From positions 1 to 64,000 of IMG/VR virus record IMGVR_UViG_3300035696_000018: 64,000 nucleotides of DNA, one strand, 5' to 3'. Position numbers and translations under genes: made by a program. Position 1 is the stretch's first letter, and each line of letters opens with the position of its first letter. Source of the DNA: a virus. Positions 42,556-53,350 of the stretch are shown in pieces. The notes under the pieces are model-generated. The model searched no databases, was not told the DNA's origin, and worked only from the letters and a program-made list of their open reading frames with translations.

Positions 42556-45069
42556 ATGCACCACTTCATATTCCCATCACAGGACACGTACATAACCAAC
42601 CGCCCAAATGGGTTGGACGTGGAGAACTTTGGCGTTGATGAAATCCTGCAAGTGGGAACTCAGAACAACCTCGTTGCCTACATAAGCCCAACCACAAACT
42701 ATACGTATGTAAACGTCAGTTTTCTCCAAGTCGGGGTGGAGTTTTTCAATGGGCAATTTACGGGGTCTATTTCTGGAACCGATGCTACGAGTTCATTTGC
42801 CATTCTGAATGGAACTGCATCCGATGGCTTGTTTACCGTCAACAATTTCACAGGAAGCATTTCCAGTGGTTCCACTATTTGTCTCTACGGAACCGCCTCG
42901 GGCGTGGACACTCGAACGGAGAACTCACGTCAGTACATAAACCAAGCCTACATTGACCGTGCGTTGATTCAATTCGACATCACAGCCATTTCCAACTCGA
43001 TTGCAGATGGCACGATTACAAGTGCCTCATTCTTCTTGAAGGTGAAGATTTGCAATGAATACCAACTCCCTATTGACTACACAATCTACGCCTATCCAGT
43101 CTCCGAGAGTTGGGTAATGGGCAACGGATACATGTCAGACGGAGGCTCCGACGAAGGAGCAAGTTGGGTCTATCGTGATTTCAATGGAGGAACACCGTGG
43201 GCGGCATCAGGCAGCAGTATCGTCAGCAATGTTGTATGCACGCAAAGTTTCCATTACAAATCAGCCGATATTGACATGGATGTTACTCCGATTGTCAACT
43301 ACTGGCTGTCAAACCCAAACAAAAACTTCGGACTTATCCTCATTTCTTCGGGCGAACAACAAACAACAGGCTCGGGATTCACACTCAAGTATTTCAGCGA
43401 AGATACCAACACGATTTACTCTCCATTGTTGGACGTAGGTTGGAGCGAGTGGTCGTTCAATACGGGAAGCTTCCTAACGGCAAGCGTGACTATTACTCAA
43501 GCTTCGGGGTCCAACTCCACAGTTCAAACGGGGTCTTGGATTTCTGTTCCGAATGGAGTCTATGGAAACTTCATCGGGTCCGCTCTGATATATGAGACAG
43601 CCAACTTTATCACGGCGAGCGATGAAATATTCACAAGTAGCTTTGTTCAACAGTTCACTGGAAGTTTCTCGGGGTCATTCTACGGCATAGCAACTGCACA
43701 AGGGTACTACACGGGTAGCGGAGGATTCTCTGCAAGCTTCACTGGCTCCATTGACGGAACGGGGTCAATCGAACTCACAAGCAGTGCTGTTTCGGGCACA
43801 AGCGTTGAAGGATACATCGTAGGAGACGTTTCCATGCCATCATTCTTGGGAACCTTCTCTGGCAGTTTGGCGGGACTGGCATTATGTCTTGCGGGAACGG
43901 GGTCGGGAACGTGGCTAGACGAAACCTACGAGGCGTACAGTGGGTATATCTCTGCCTCGGGAATCTCGGGGGACATTGTGAATGACCCGATTTTCGGGAA
44001 TGCACAAGGCATCATGACTTTGAATTCGTTCCAAGTCGTATTGCCAGCGGACCTTCATTATCTATATCCGACATCTCCAAACGAAGCCCCTTACCAAAAC
44101 ATATTGGCTCAAAATCCGCAGTTTGCGACCAACTATCAGTTTTTGAGTCCTTACAACCCACTCGAAGAACTTTGGTATGTATGGGGTGGAGACGAAGCGG
44201 GATGGACAACAGAACTTCCACTTTACACCCCGAACGTATTCACTTGTTCTTGTGGGGTGTCTCACAGCGTTCAAGTAATGTCGGGGTCGTTCACGGATGG
44301 TGTTTTCAGTGGAAGCACATTCATAGCTTACTACGAAAACTACAGCATTATCTATGCGTCTATGACGGGTTCTTGGAATCCTACCGCACTATACGGAAGC
44401 AACTTCCTTATTCCGCTCCCGCAAGTGACGTATCCACATGTGACGGCGTACATCAATGGACCGTTCGTTACGGGCAGAGCCTTGGGATTATACACCAACT
44501 CGGCATCCATTTCTGCATCGGTGACACAGAGCATTACCAGTGCAAGCTTTTTCGGTCAAATTGTGGACGGGCCGTTCGTCGGTGGAATCGTATCACTGCA
44601 ATTGTCGGGAAGCACTGCGGGACAAACGAGTCCTTATGCCTTCACGAGCAGCGTCCAGATGACTTCAAGTTTCCTTGACCCGCTCGATACGGGACGCCAG
44701 TTCAGCATCAATTTGACGACGCTCCAGCCGACATACAAAGCAGGAGACATCATCAAAATCAATGTCTTTGCCAGACCAAAGTACCCGATTAAGGACTTCG
44801 GTATCTTGACCCAGCAGCAGGCATATCTTGTTCCTGAATTCTTGCCAACTTCGTCCTATTGGGCGTTGAAAGACAATCAGACCGACGAAATTGTAGTCAA
44901 TTTCGATAGTTATACTCAGATAAGCTGTCAGTATCCCGAGGGGAATTTCTTCCTCGTGGACACCACCAGCTTACCTCAAGAGCGTTACTATCGCATTTTG
45001 ATTCGTGTTGACGACGGAGTGCAGGTTAGCACGATTGACACTGGCAAGACATTCAAGATAACAAGGTAA
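42556..45069 (+). CDS. virion structural protein with GS-rich repeats
   Basis: QDTYI..NFG.DEIL, RALIQFD, SW.MG.G; FTGS repeats. Confidence 0.7.
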   Translation: MHHFIFPSQDTYITNRPNGLDVENFGVDEILQVGTQNNLVAYISPTTNYTYVNVSFLQVGVEFFNGQFTGSISGTDATSSFAILNGTASDGLFTVNNFTGSISSGSTICLYGTASGVDTRTENSRQYINQAYIDRALIQFDITAISNSIADGTITSASFFLKVKICNEYQLPIDYTIYAYPVSESWVMGNGYMSDGGSDEGASWVYRDFNGGTPWAASGSSIVSNVVCTQSFHYKSADIDMDVTPIVNYWLSNPNKNFGLILISSGEQQTTGSGFTLKYFSEDTNTIYSPLLDVGWSEWSFNTGSFLTASVTITQASGSNSTVQTGSWISVPNGVYGNFIGSALIYETANFITASDEIFTSSFVQQFTGSFSGSFYGIATAQGYYTGSGGFSASFTGSIDGTGSIELTSSAVSGTSVEGYIVGDVSMPSFLGTFSGSLAGLALCLAGTGSGTWLDETYEAYSGYISASGISGDIVNDPIFGNAQGIMTLNSFQVVLPADLHYLYPTSPNEAPYQNILAQNPQFATNYQFLSPYNPLEELWYVWGGDEAGWTTELPLYTPNVFTCSCGVSHSVQVMSGSFTDGVFSGSTFIAYYENYSIIYASMTGSWNPTALYGSNFLIPLPQVTYPHVTAYINGPFVTGRALGLYTNSASISASVTQSITSASFFGQIVDGPFVGGIVSLQLSGSTAGQTSPYAFTSSVQMTSSFLDPLDTGRQFSINLTTLQPTYKAGDIIKINVFARPKYPIKDFGILTQQQAYLVPEFLPTSSYWALKDNQTDEIVVNFDSYTQISCQYPEGNFFLVDTTSLPQERYYRILIRVDDGVQVSTIDTGKTFKITR

Positions 45070-45070
45070 T

Positions 45071-45538
45071 ATGGCCGATTTCTCAACCAACATTCAGCAA
45101 TTCCAGCAGAATGGGACTTATGAATATGAGTTCGATGATGTTGGGAACCTGATTTTTAACAGTTCCTCGGCTGACTTTTCACAAGTCTATCTGTCCCTGC
45201 CTCTGACCAACGTGGGATATAATAACGTCAAAATCGCTTCGTTTTATACGCCCGACTTCGAAGAATTCATCCCGACTACGGCTTCGGCGTCTCCTACATC
45301 GAGCGTAGATGATTTGAACAATCAACTGAGCACTTTGCAGCAAGAGAATCAGCAGTTACAAGGTCAGTTGAACGACATGATTGCTCAAAGTACAACGAGT
45401 AACCCCGCCGCCGATTCGCAGGCCAGCAAGCAAGTCATTTTGGACCTTCGAAAGGCGTTGGGGCAAGGAAGAGTAGATTCCGACTTTTCGGATACTTTCC
45501 CTTACACTCCGATAACGAAACCAGCACCATCAACATAA
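45071..45538 (+). CDS. hypothetical structural protein, coiled coil
   Basis: ORF in tail operon. Confidence 0.7.
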   Translation: MADFSTNIQQFQQNGTYEYEFDDVGNLIFNSSSADFSQVYLSLPLTNVGYNNVKIASFYTPDFEEFIPTTASASPTSSVDDLNNQLSTLQQENQQLQGQLNDMIAQSTTSNPAADSQASKQVILDLRKALGQGRVDSDFSDTFPYTPITKPAPST

Positions 45539-45539
45539 C

Positions 45540-48500
45540 ATGGACTACACGTCATACCAAATCGTATCCGAGAACTCTCAGAGTTTGAATACGGGTTCAT
45601 ACTTGAACTCGACGGAGTACTCCATGTTCGTGAATGGTTTCTATTCGGACTTGTGGTATGGTCTGTCCGAGAAAGACGTTATCGAAATTGGGCTGTGGGA
45701 CCGCAATCAGAATCTCATTGGATGGAATACTCTTGACCAGTCTAAGAGCTATGACATGGTAACGGTCTCCTATTTCAATACACTGAACAATGTCATCAGC
45801 TATTCCTATCAGGAACTCGAACCCGATTTCATTCTCAATAGCACCAAGAACATTTTGGTTGACCCCGCAGACCAAGTTTCTCAATCTTTTGCTATCCCAA
45901 GCGGAAGCTACATCCTCACGTACAATTTGACTCGTGAGATGGCGGGTGGGCCATCAGCCCCATTGGTCATCAAGGATATTTCTCCTTCCAAAAAGGAACT
46001 CAAGCTTGTTCCCCAAACCACGTTTGATGATACTTACACGGCATTTTGCCAACACCAGTTCTTAATGAACACGGTGTCGCCTCTCTATCTACAAGCCGTC
46101 AAGAATTGTCAATACGGAAACATCTACAATCAAGTAGCCCCATTTTATCCGAATCAGATTGCGACCATAAAGTCGTTGTTCTTCATTCCATCCGATGGGC
46201 AGATGCTTACCTTCTTCAAGAACCTCTACGAGGACTTGCTGATGTATTCTTCGACGCCGGTGGTCACGACTCAAGGAGTCAACATCGTTAGCCAGAACTT
46301 CATCCGAATCCAAGGCATTAGCACTTATTTCAACAACTATCTGTTGTCGAATTCGACTGCGAGCGTGGATTTCGATACCCTTGACTCCCACTTCCATGCG
46401 TTCGTATCGGCATCAATCGAGAGGAAGTTTTCCGCCGTAGGCCCGAACCCGCAAGAACAATACGTCCAAGCCAAAGCGTTCGTGTATGACTTCTTCACAA
46501 AGTATTTCTATGACCCAATTAGCCAAACGCTGGCACAGGCATATGAAGACAAATACTTTGGATACTTCAAGAACGCCCTGAACGTCGGGAACAACCGACT
46601 GCTTCCAATCCTCAACTTTGGAATGCTCGACGAGCGGGTAAATCCGACAGACCCACTCACTTTGTTGGTCAAGTTGAAGGATGAGTTGCCGAACGATTTG
46701 GCGGCTCAAACACAATGTTGGGTCTCCAACGTTTCACTCGTTCCTTTCGTCATCAGTGCAATTATCAAGACGAATCCAGAACTCATCGTTCACACGATTG
46801 GACCACCAAACTTCTCTATCCCAATTCCAAACGCAAGCCTGACGAACACCAACATATCGTACACGGCGAATGATTTGAAGAATGATGACGAGACGGAACG
46901 ACAGCTTACAGTAAGCCGAAACATAGCTGATTTGACCGTAGATTACAGCGATTTCAACAACTTCGTTGTCTTTTCTTCGGCGGAAATGCGTCTCAAGATT
47001 TTCAAGAACAAGATGATTAACCTCTGTGGCCTTACGGCCTCGGTATCAACTCTTGAAAATAACGCCAGCCAGTGGATGGTTGCCATCGGCAGTGTCTATC
47101 CTTACTATGACCGAGAGTATTGCTCCCTTCAAGGGAAGATGAACGACATAATCAAGACGTTTGATGGTTATGAGTCCTATCTGTACCGCCAAGGATACTA
47201 TACCTATGTCAGCGGAGCATTTGTCAGTGCAAGCTATGTTACTTCCCAAGATTCAGCAGCCGTTGCTTATGACCAAACGAATCGTGACAGCCTGATTAAC
47301 ACCTGCCCCGAGCATATCCTGACCAATCCAGACAACGACGACTACATTGTCTTTTTGGCGATGGTGGGTCACTTCTTCGATACGCTGTACGTTTACATCG
47401 CCAATCTCCCAGCAGAAAAAGTGATTGGCCAAGACGCAACCTCGGCCTTTACTCGCCGAGTTGTAGATTACATGCTTGAAACTTTCGGATGGAATCTCGA
47501 CGACTCCCTTGAGCAATCCGATTTGCTTAACAACTATTTGACAAACGAGCAAGTTGCTGGTCTCAACAGCATGTCAGCCGAAGACCGATTGAAAGTGATA
47601 CGAAATCGTATCTTAAGCACTTTGCCTCAGATTTACAAGACCAAGGGAACAGAAGAAGCCGTACGCCTCATTTTGGCGTGCTACGGCATACCTAACGTAC
47701 TTCTAAGCGTCCGAGAATACGGCGGGGTGGTCTATGATGACCCGAAAGCTTCCTACACCCTCTACGAGCGTGTCTATATGCGACAATGGGATACGTCGTC
47801 TCGATATGACTCGTACGATTTGAACCTCCCGACGAGTTCTTATACTTACCTCTTCAAAGTAAGCATTGATGACTCGACTCCCTATACTTACGGAGTTGAA
47901 CAAACCCTCTTTGGTAGTGTTCAGACCAACGTCCGAAATTCCATAAGTGCTTCTGGAGAATGGGGAGTTGGATTTGTCCGCATTCCCAAGAAAAACACTG
48001 GACAAATCTTCTTCCGTATTGGCTACCAAGGAGCCGAGACATTCAAGATGTATAGCCAAGAGTTCCCGCTCTTTGATGGGAACATTTACTCGGTTATGCT
48101 CCGTCGTAACTATCCTGACCCAGGTTACGAGTACAATCCAAACTACGATTCAATCCCCGCCGAATATGATTTGTATGTCAAGCGGAATGAGTTTGGAAAC
48201 CAGTTGGTCAATCTGTCTTCCAGTGCCATTTGTTACTTGACAGCCTCCAATATGCAGTTTGGGGCGGGAGGATTGCTCAAGATTGGTGGATGGTTCGCCG
48301 ATGTCAACGGGCAAGGATTTACGGGAGCATTCGATAAGTTCCAAGTTTGGAGGGCACCTGTGCCCGACGCCAACGTGGAAGATTACACGAACAATTTCAG
48401 TGCTTACAGTTTCCAAGGGTCTGGGTCCGTGCCATATGAGGCTTTGATGTTTCGTATGCATACGGACTACCCGTTCAATCAGCTTGAAACGGGAATGTGG

Positions 48501-50711
48501 GTCAATGGGAACCCTTATCTCGCAGTATCGTCTTCGTGGAAACTCGATGCCCTTTACTCCGACCCAACCAATGTTGACTACATGGTTAGCACCAATGCTT
48601 GGTCTGGTTCTACCAACATCGTGGATGGTCCGTGCGGACCAGTATCACAGTCGGTATATCCATATCAATTCACGGTGTTCAACTATCCAAGCACTTGGGG
48701 TATTTCTCAATACGGCCCGAACAAATTCCGCAACGAAAAGACTCGCTACGTGTCACAGTCTGTCGAAGCCCGCTTCGACAACCTTGACCGTTCAACGTAC
48801 GTTGACCCGAATGCCACGGCTCCAGACTCCAACCAAGTCGGGTTCTTCGTGGACCCGCAGGATTTCAAAAACCGTGACATCGTTCGCTACTTCGGTAACT
48901 TCAACTTCATGGATGTCATCGGAGACCCTGGCTATGAATACTCTCAAAGCTATGACCAGTTGAGGCTTTACAGAAACGAGTATGCCACAGACCGTAATCA
49001 GTACAGCGGAAGCCGAACTCTTTTCAACGAGTTGCAGACAGTTTACAAGTTGTATTTCAACCGCTCGATTTTCGATAGCATAAAGAACGTCATTCCAGCA
49101 AGAGTCAATGCTCTTCTTGGAGTCGTGATTGAGCCAACGATTCTTGAACGTCCGAAGTATCAACTCAAGCCAGTTACCACTCATTGCCATTATGCATTGA
49201 GTTCTTCGGTGGGACATTACGCTGGGGATTCGGGGTCTTTGGTCAGAATCAGCAGCAGTATCGTTCCAAGCGGGTCTCTTTACCTTGACCTGACCGACCT
49301 CTCCACCCCAACACGGGATTATCCAGTGAACTATGGGGGCAACTACATTCGTGACCTAGCAGACAACTTTGAACTCGGGCATTTTGCCTCGGGAGTTCCA
49401 GCACGCACCGTTGACTTTGTGGGAGTACCGTTGTTTGGATATGCTCCGTTGGGAGTCCATTTCACGAACCTATCGTTCGGTCCAACGTCTTACATATGGG
49501 ATTTTGGGGATGGCACCACGAGTACGGATGCCAACCCAATACACATTTACCAGGACGCTGGAGTTTATACGGTCATTCTGTATGGTTATTACGGGGCATT
49601 CCAGTTGACAAGGAAGAAGCTCCAGTACGTCACGGCGATTCAGTACAATCTTTCGGCAGATTTCACGGCAGACCACGTTTATGGGCAAGAGCCTCAGACC
49701 ATCCATTTCACGAACAAGAGCGTGGGCGGTCAGACATATTTGTGGAGTTTCGGGTCTCAATCCATTACCTCGACGGATGTCAACCCAACCTTCACTTACA
49801 CTCACGCAGGGTTCTATACGGTTGTTTTGACAGCGTATGCTTCAATCATAAACCCAGGAGACCCACCAAACAACTATGCCTCACAGCACACAAGCACGAG
49901 CTATATTAGCATCAGTGCTCCACCGCTGCCAGCGGCAACTTGCTATGGTCCATACGAAAACTATCAGTATGGCGACAATGGAAATGGAACATTGGCCTTT
50001 ACTTGGCTTAACCCATTGGGCACTGGAACGGGTGACGTAACCTTCCAGTGGAGTGACAATAATGACCCAGTTTGGTATCGTGTGGTCCTTAATAACAACA
50101 TCGTCTTTGATTCAGGATGGCTCTGCACGGATGTCTCTCCATCCAAACAGACGGCATTGCAGGCTGCTTTGACCGCTTACCCGACGCATCCATTGTTCTT
50201 GAATAACACGACGATTCACTCTGGATTTGCGTCTCAATCAGTGTGGACTAAGACTGACACGAATGCTTATGCCACAGTCTTTGCATATGCCCCGATGCAG
50301 GCTCGCTTCGACTACACACAAAGCTGCCCAGTTTACATCCCACCAGCACTTCCTTGCGGTGGTGCTGTAACCGAGACGGGTGGAGTAGTTCCATATCCGT
50401 ACTACAAAGATTACTATGTCCAGCTTGGAAACGGGGCGGGAAGTGTAACACTCGACTTCAATATGTACGATGTTCCCGACAAAGCACAAGTCATTATTGA
50501 TGGCGTACTTGTTCTGGATACTGGTTGGAGAGGCGACACATCATATAAAAGCAATCTTGAAGCTTTGGGGTTCACTGACCCAATTACATCTCCAGGAGCA
50601 GGTTCATTGACGTTTACCAAGGCAGTATCAGTAAGCCCAGTGGCAACCGTCAGAATGTGGTCGCCGCTCGGAGGAACTGCATGGACATTCACTTTGAACT
50701 GCCCAGTGTAA
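45540..50711 (+). CDS. large baseplate/tail protein with PKD domains
   Basis: 1723 aa; YKTKGT..LI.CYG gp7/tail-I-like motif; WDFGDG..NP.H.Y..G.Y PKD repeats. Confidence 0.75.
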   Translation: MDYTSYQIVSENSQSLNTGSYLNSTEYSMFVNGFYSDLWYGLSEKDVIEIGLWDRNQNLIGWNTLDQSKSYDMVTVSYFNTLNNVISYSYQELEPDFILNSTKNILVDPADQVSQSFAIPSGSYILTYNLTREMAGGPSAPLVIKDISPSKKELKLVPQTTFDDTYTAFCQHQFLMNTVSPLYLQAVKNCQYGNIYNQVAPFYPNQIATIKSLFFIPSDGQMLTFFKNLYEDLLMYSSTPVVTTQGVNIVSQNFIRIQGISTYFNNYLLSNSTASVDFDTLDSHFHAFVSASIERKFSAVGPNPQEQYVQAKAFVYDFFTKYFYDPISQTLAQAYEDKYFGYFKNALNVGNNRLLPILNFGMLDERVNPTDPLTLLVKLKDELPNDLAAQTQCWVSNVSLVPFVISAIIKTNPELIVHTIGPPNFSIPIPNASLTNTNISYTANDLKNDDETERQLTVSRNIADLTVDYSDFNNFVVFSSAEMRLKIFKNKMINLCGLTASVSTLENNASQWMVAIGSVYPYYDREYCSLQGKMNDIIKTFDGYESYLYRQGYYTYVSGAFVSASYVTSQDSAAVAYDQTNRDSLINTCPEHILTNPDNDDYIVFLAMVGHFFDTLYVYIANLPAEKVIGQDATSAFTRRVVDYMLETFGWNLDDSLEQSDLLNNYLTNEQVAGLNSMSAEDRLKVIRNRILSTLPQIYKTKGTEEAVRLILACYGIPNVLLSVREYGGVVYDDPKASYTLYERVYMRQWDTSSRYDSYDLNLPTSSYTYLFKVSIDDSTPYTYGVEQTLFGSVQTNVRNSISASGEWGVGFVRIPKKNTGQIFFRIGYQGAETFKMYSQEFPLFDGNIYSVMLRRNYPDPGYEYNPNYDSIPAEYDLYVKRNEFGNQLVNLSSSAICYLTASNMQFGAGGLLKIGGWFADVNGQGFTGAFDKFQVWRAPVPDANVEDYTNNFSAYSFQGSGSVPYEALMFRMHTDYPFNQLETGMWVNGNPYLAVSSSWKLDALYSDPTNVDYMVSTNAWSGSTNIVDGPCGPVSQSVYPYQFTVFNYPSTWGISQYGPNKFRNEKTRYVSQSVEARFDNLDRSTYVDPNATAPDSNQVGFFVDPQDFKNRDIVRYFGNFNFMDVIGDPGYEYSQSYDQLRLYRNEYATDRNQYSGSRTLFNELQTVYKLYFNRSIFDSIKNVIPARVNALLGVVIEPTILERPKYQLKPVTTHCHYALSSSVGHYAGDSGSLVRISSSIVPSGSLYLDLTDLSTPTRDYPVNYGGNYIRDLADNFELGHFASGVPARTVDFVGVPLFGYAPLGVHFTNLSFGPTSYIWDFGDGTTSTDANPIHIYQDAGVYTVILYGYYGAFQLTRKKLQYVTAIQYNLSADFTADHVYGQEPQTIHFTNKSVGGQTYLWSFGSQSITSTDVNPTFTYTHAGFYTVVLTAYASIINPGDPPNNYASQHTSTSYISISAPPLPAATCYGPYENYQYGDNGNGTLAFTWLNPLGTGTGDVTFQWSDNNDPVWYRVVLNNNIVFDSGWLCTDVSPSKQTALQAALTAYPTHPLFLNNTTIHSGFASQSVWTKTDTNAYATVFAYAPMQARFDYTQSCPVYIPPALPCGGAVTETGGVVPYPYYKDYYVQLGNGAGSVTLDFNMYDVPDKAQVIIDGVLVLDTGWRGDTSYKSNLEALGFTDPITSPGAGSLTFTKAVSVSPVATVRMWSPLGGTAWTFTLNCPV

Positions 50712-50725
50712 GCTATTTATAACGT

Positions 50726-51478
50726 ATGAGCCTCAATGGTGAAATCTACTTTGACATGACCCGAGACGCCCACCGTATGTACGGGCAATCAAGGTTCATG
50801 CTCAAGCGATGGCGAAAATTTGACATTTTCACCAAGACGGGTTCGTTTGTCCGTTCGGAGAACCCCGCCGCCAATACGTATGCCAGCACGTCAGTCTATT
50901 TGTATGACTATGTGGTGGTGAACGATACGTGGTTCTTCAACAACGTGGTGACTGCCTCGTACGTTTCTCCAGTTCCATCGAACGATTGGGATTATGCTGG
51001 TGGAAACATGTGGAATCACGGCATTAACACATGGGCCAACAGTCCAAACGCCATCACAAACAACTACATTTTGAGGCCGAACCAACCGGCGTCCTCCTTC
51101 ATTGGGCATCAAGTTTCGGGGTCTCTACCGGGGTATTATCCAAACCCAGTTCCATCTCCATTCAACGGGTTGACCACGCAGCAGTATCTCACGTTGATGG
51201 CTACTCCGATTTACCGAGACGACGGAACGTACTTTGAAATCGTCCGTGGGTATCCCCGAAACCATTACACCCACAAACGAAGCATTTTCACGCTGGAAAG
51301 GTTTACCAGTTACGGCATTGCCAATGGCAGCGTTACGACTCAAGTGTATCAGAAGGGAAGAAACACGTCGCAAACGACCATTGGATTGACTGGACTCAAC
51401 GATGGAAGCGACCCCGTTCAAACGACGCAGGTCACGAACATTGACATTATCCAGTCGGACAACGTAATTTACCACTAA
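50726..51478 (+). CDS. hypothetical structural protein
   Basis: ATG after TATTTATA. Confidence 0.7.
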   Translation: MSLNGEIYFDMTRDAHRMYGQSRFMLKRWRKFDIFTKTGSFVRSENPAANTYASTSVYLYDYVVVNDTWFFNNVVTASYVSPVPSNDWDYAGGNMWNHGINTWANSPNAITNNYILRPNQPASSFIGHQVSGSLPGYYPNPVPSPFNGLTTQQYLTLMATPIYRDDGTYFEIVRGYPRNHYTHKRSIFTLERFTSYGIANGSVTTQVYQKGRNTSQTTIGLTGLNDGSDPVQTTQVTNIDIIQSDNVIYH

Positions 51479-51530
51479 AAAACCAAGGACTCGTTGATAC
51501 TTATAGATGAGTACCTTTTTATAACAGCAT

Positions 51531-52175
51531 ATGGCCTACATAGACAATCAAACCATCACCGTGGATGCAGTTCTCACCCAAAAGGGTCGTCAACTTTTGG
51601 CACAGAATGGCAATCTCAACATTACCAGCTTCGCACTGGCCGATGACGAGATTGACTACACGCTGTACAACCCGAACCATCCAAACGGCAGTGCTTTCTA
51701 CGACATCGCACTCCGCAACACTCCAATTTTCGAGCCACTGACGGATGAGACCCAAGTGATGAAGTACAAGCTTGTCACCCTCAATCAGGGTGTCACGTCT
51801 ATTCCGGTTATCACCATCACCCAAGACAAGATTCTCGTGACGAAGGATTACACGGGCGACATCGTTATTTCTCCGTCCACCAACCCCGCTTACAACTTGC
51901 AGGCTGGTTATACGGCCATTCTTGGCAACAAGAACGTCGGTATTCTGATTGTTCAGCAAACAAATGCTGTCAACTCGGTTTCCAACACAGTTCCAACCTT
52001 CGCAGGAGACATTAACATTGCCAGTGCCCAAGTCGTGGTCGGCAACGTTTTCCGTTTCGTTCCGAACAGCGGTCTTGGAACAACGACTACCACGAACCTG
52101 ACAATCATCGGCAACGAATCGGGCGGTAGCACTTCCATTGAAGTCACTGTCACGGTCCCGCCAGTATCCTCGTAA
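51531..52175 (+). CDS. conserved baseplate-associated protein
   Basis: ITVDAVLT.KGR.LLA..FALADDEIDY.LY. Confidence 0.7.
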   Translation: MAYIDNQTITVDAVLTQKGRQLLAQNGNLNITSFALADDEIDYTLYNPNHPNGSAFYDIALRNTPIFEPLTDETQVMKYKLVTLNQGVTSIPVITITQDKILVTKDYTGDIVISPSTNPAYNLQAGYTAILGNKNVGILIVQQTNAVNSVSNTVPTFAGDINIASAQVVVGNVFRFVPNSGLGTTTTTNLTIIGNESGGSTSIEVTVTVPPVSS

Positions 52176-52181
52176 ACGATT

Positions 52182-53336
52182 ATGATATTCAACACGTTTG
52201 ACCCCAATCAAGACATTGTAGCTGGCCGTGTAACACGGGTGGCAAGTGGATTCTGGCCCGATGGAACTCCCGATTGGGACCAAGGCAATTTCCAAGACGA
52301 TTTTTTCCGCCTGACGGGTTCAGGTACTCCGTCGCCATCAGTCGGCACGTCGAACTATGACGTTCGCCGCACGATGTATTACCTCAACGTATTCCCCGAT
52401 GCGTCGTCTTACGTGAACTATGACCCGTACTTCTCGATTGCATACGGAAACTTCTACGGTGAATATGGAAGTGGCTCCTTCACCCAAGAGTCGGCAAGTA
52501 TTATGGCGTCCCCAACCAAGGCCATCTATACTCAGTACAAGAACGTTCTTCTCGCCAACTCTGACGCCAATGCGACTTCCGATGGAATGTTTTCAATGGT
52601 TAGTGCAAGCACCACGGTTGAAGCTCAAGACATTTGGGTTGTCAACTTCTCGGCTTACAAGATGAAAGACCGCATTGACGAAGGTCTTCTTCAACTCAAT
52701 TTCAGCGGTTCCTCGGGGTCAATCAGTCTCATTGACGACTCCATCTATACGACTCAGAACCAATCGGTATATCAATTGGTTCAAGGAACCATTGCTGCCC
52801 CACCGGGAAGCCCAACCTACCAAGGATTTGGATTGTTCTACCCACAAGCGGGAATTGTCGTTTTGAACGCCACTTTGCTTGCAGCCCAACTTGGAATTAC
52901 CAGTGGGTCTGGTGTAGGGGCTGGAACGGGTGGTCCGTGCCCAGATGGTTCATGGCCATATGTCAGCGGCTCCCTCGGGAACATTGGATACACTTACAAC
53001 CACAAGACTCTATTCGAGTCCATGAACATTTGTCAAGGTATCATGATGAATGTTCGTCGCACTGAATACGTGCCATCAATTCACTACTTCGTGCGTGTGA
53101 TGAACCGTGACTTCAACTACAGCAACAACCCGACGTACGTCTATGACGGAACGGACGGAGTTCACCCGAAGGGTCAAATTTACAACTCAGACTTCATTAC
53201 TGACCCGAGGACGTACATTACCACGGTAGGATTGTATGACAATAGCAACAATCTCATAGCCGTAGCAAAATTGAGCCGACCTGCCGTCAAGTCTTTTGAC
53301 GAAGAGTTGCTCATCAAGGTCAGACTCGATTTCTAA
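52182..53336 (+). CDS. tail-collar-like structural protein
   Basis: C-terminal YITTVGLYD..LIAVAKLSRP..K..RLDF. Confidence 0.7.
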   Translation: MIFNTFDPNQDIVAGRVTRVASGFWPDGTPDWDQGNFQDDFFRLTGSGTPSPSVGTSNYDVRRTMYYLNVFPDASSYVNYDPYFSIAYGNFYGEYGSGSFTQESASIMASPTKAIYTQYKNVLLANSDANATSDGMFSMVSASTTVEAQDIWVVNFSAYKMKDRIDEGLLQLNFSGSSGSISLIDDSIYTTQNQSVYQLVQGTIAAPPGSPTYQGFGLFYPQAGIVVLNATLLAAQLGITSGSGVGAGTGGPCPDGSWPYVSGSLGNIGYTYNHKTLFESMNICQGIMMNVRRTEYVPSIHYFVRVMNRDFNYSNNPTYVYDGTDGVHPKGQIYNSDFITDPRTYITTVGLYDNSNNLIAVAKLSRPAVKSFDEELLIKVRLDF

Positions 53337-53350
53337 TACGTCCTGAATGA

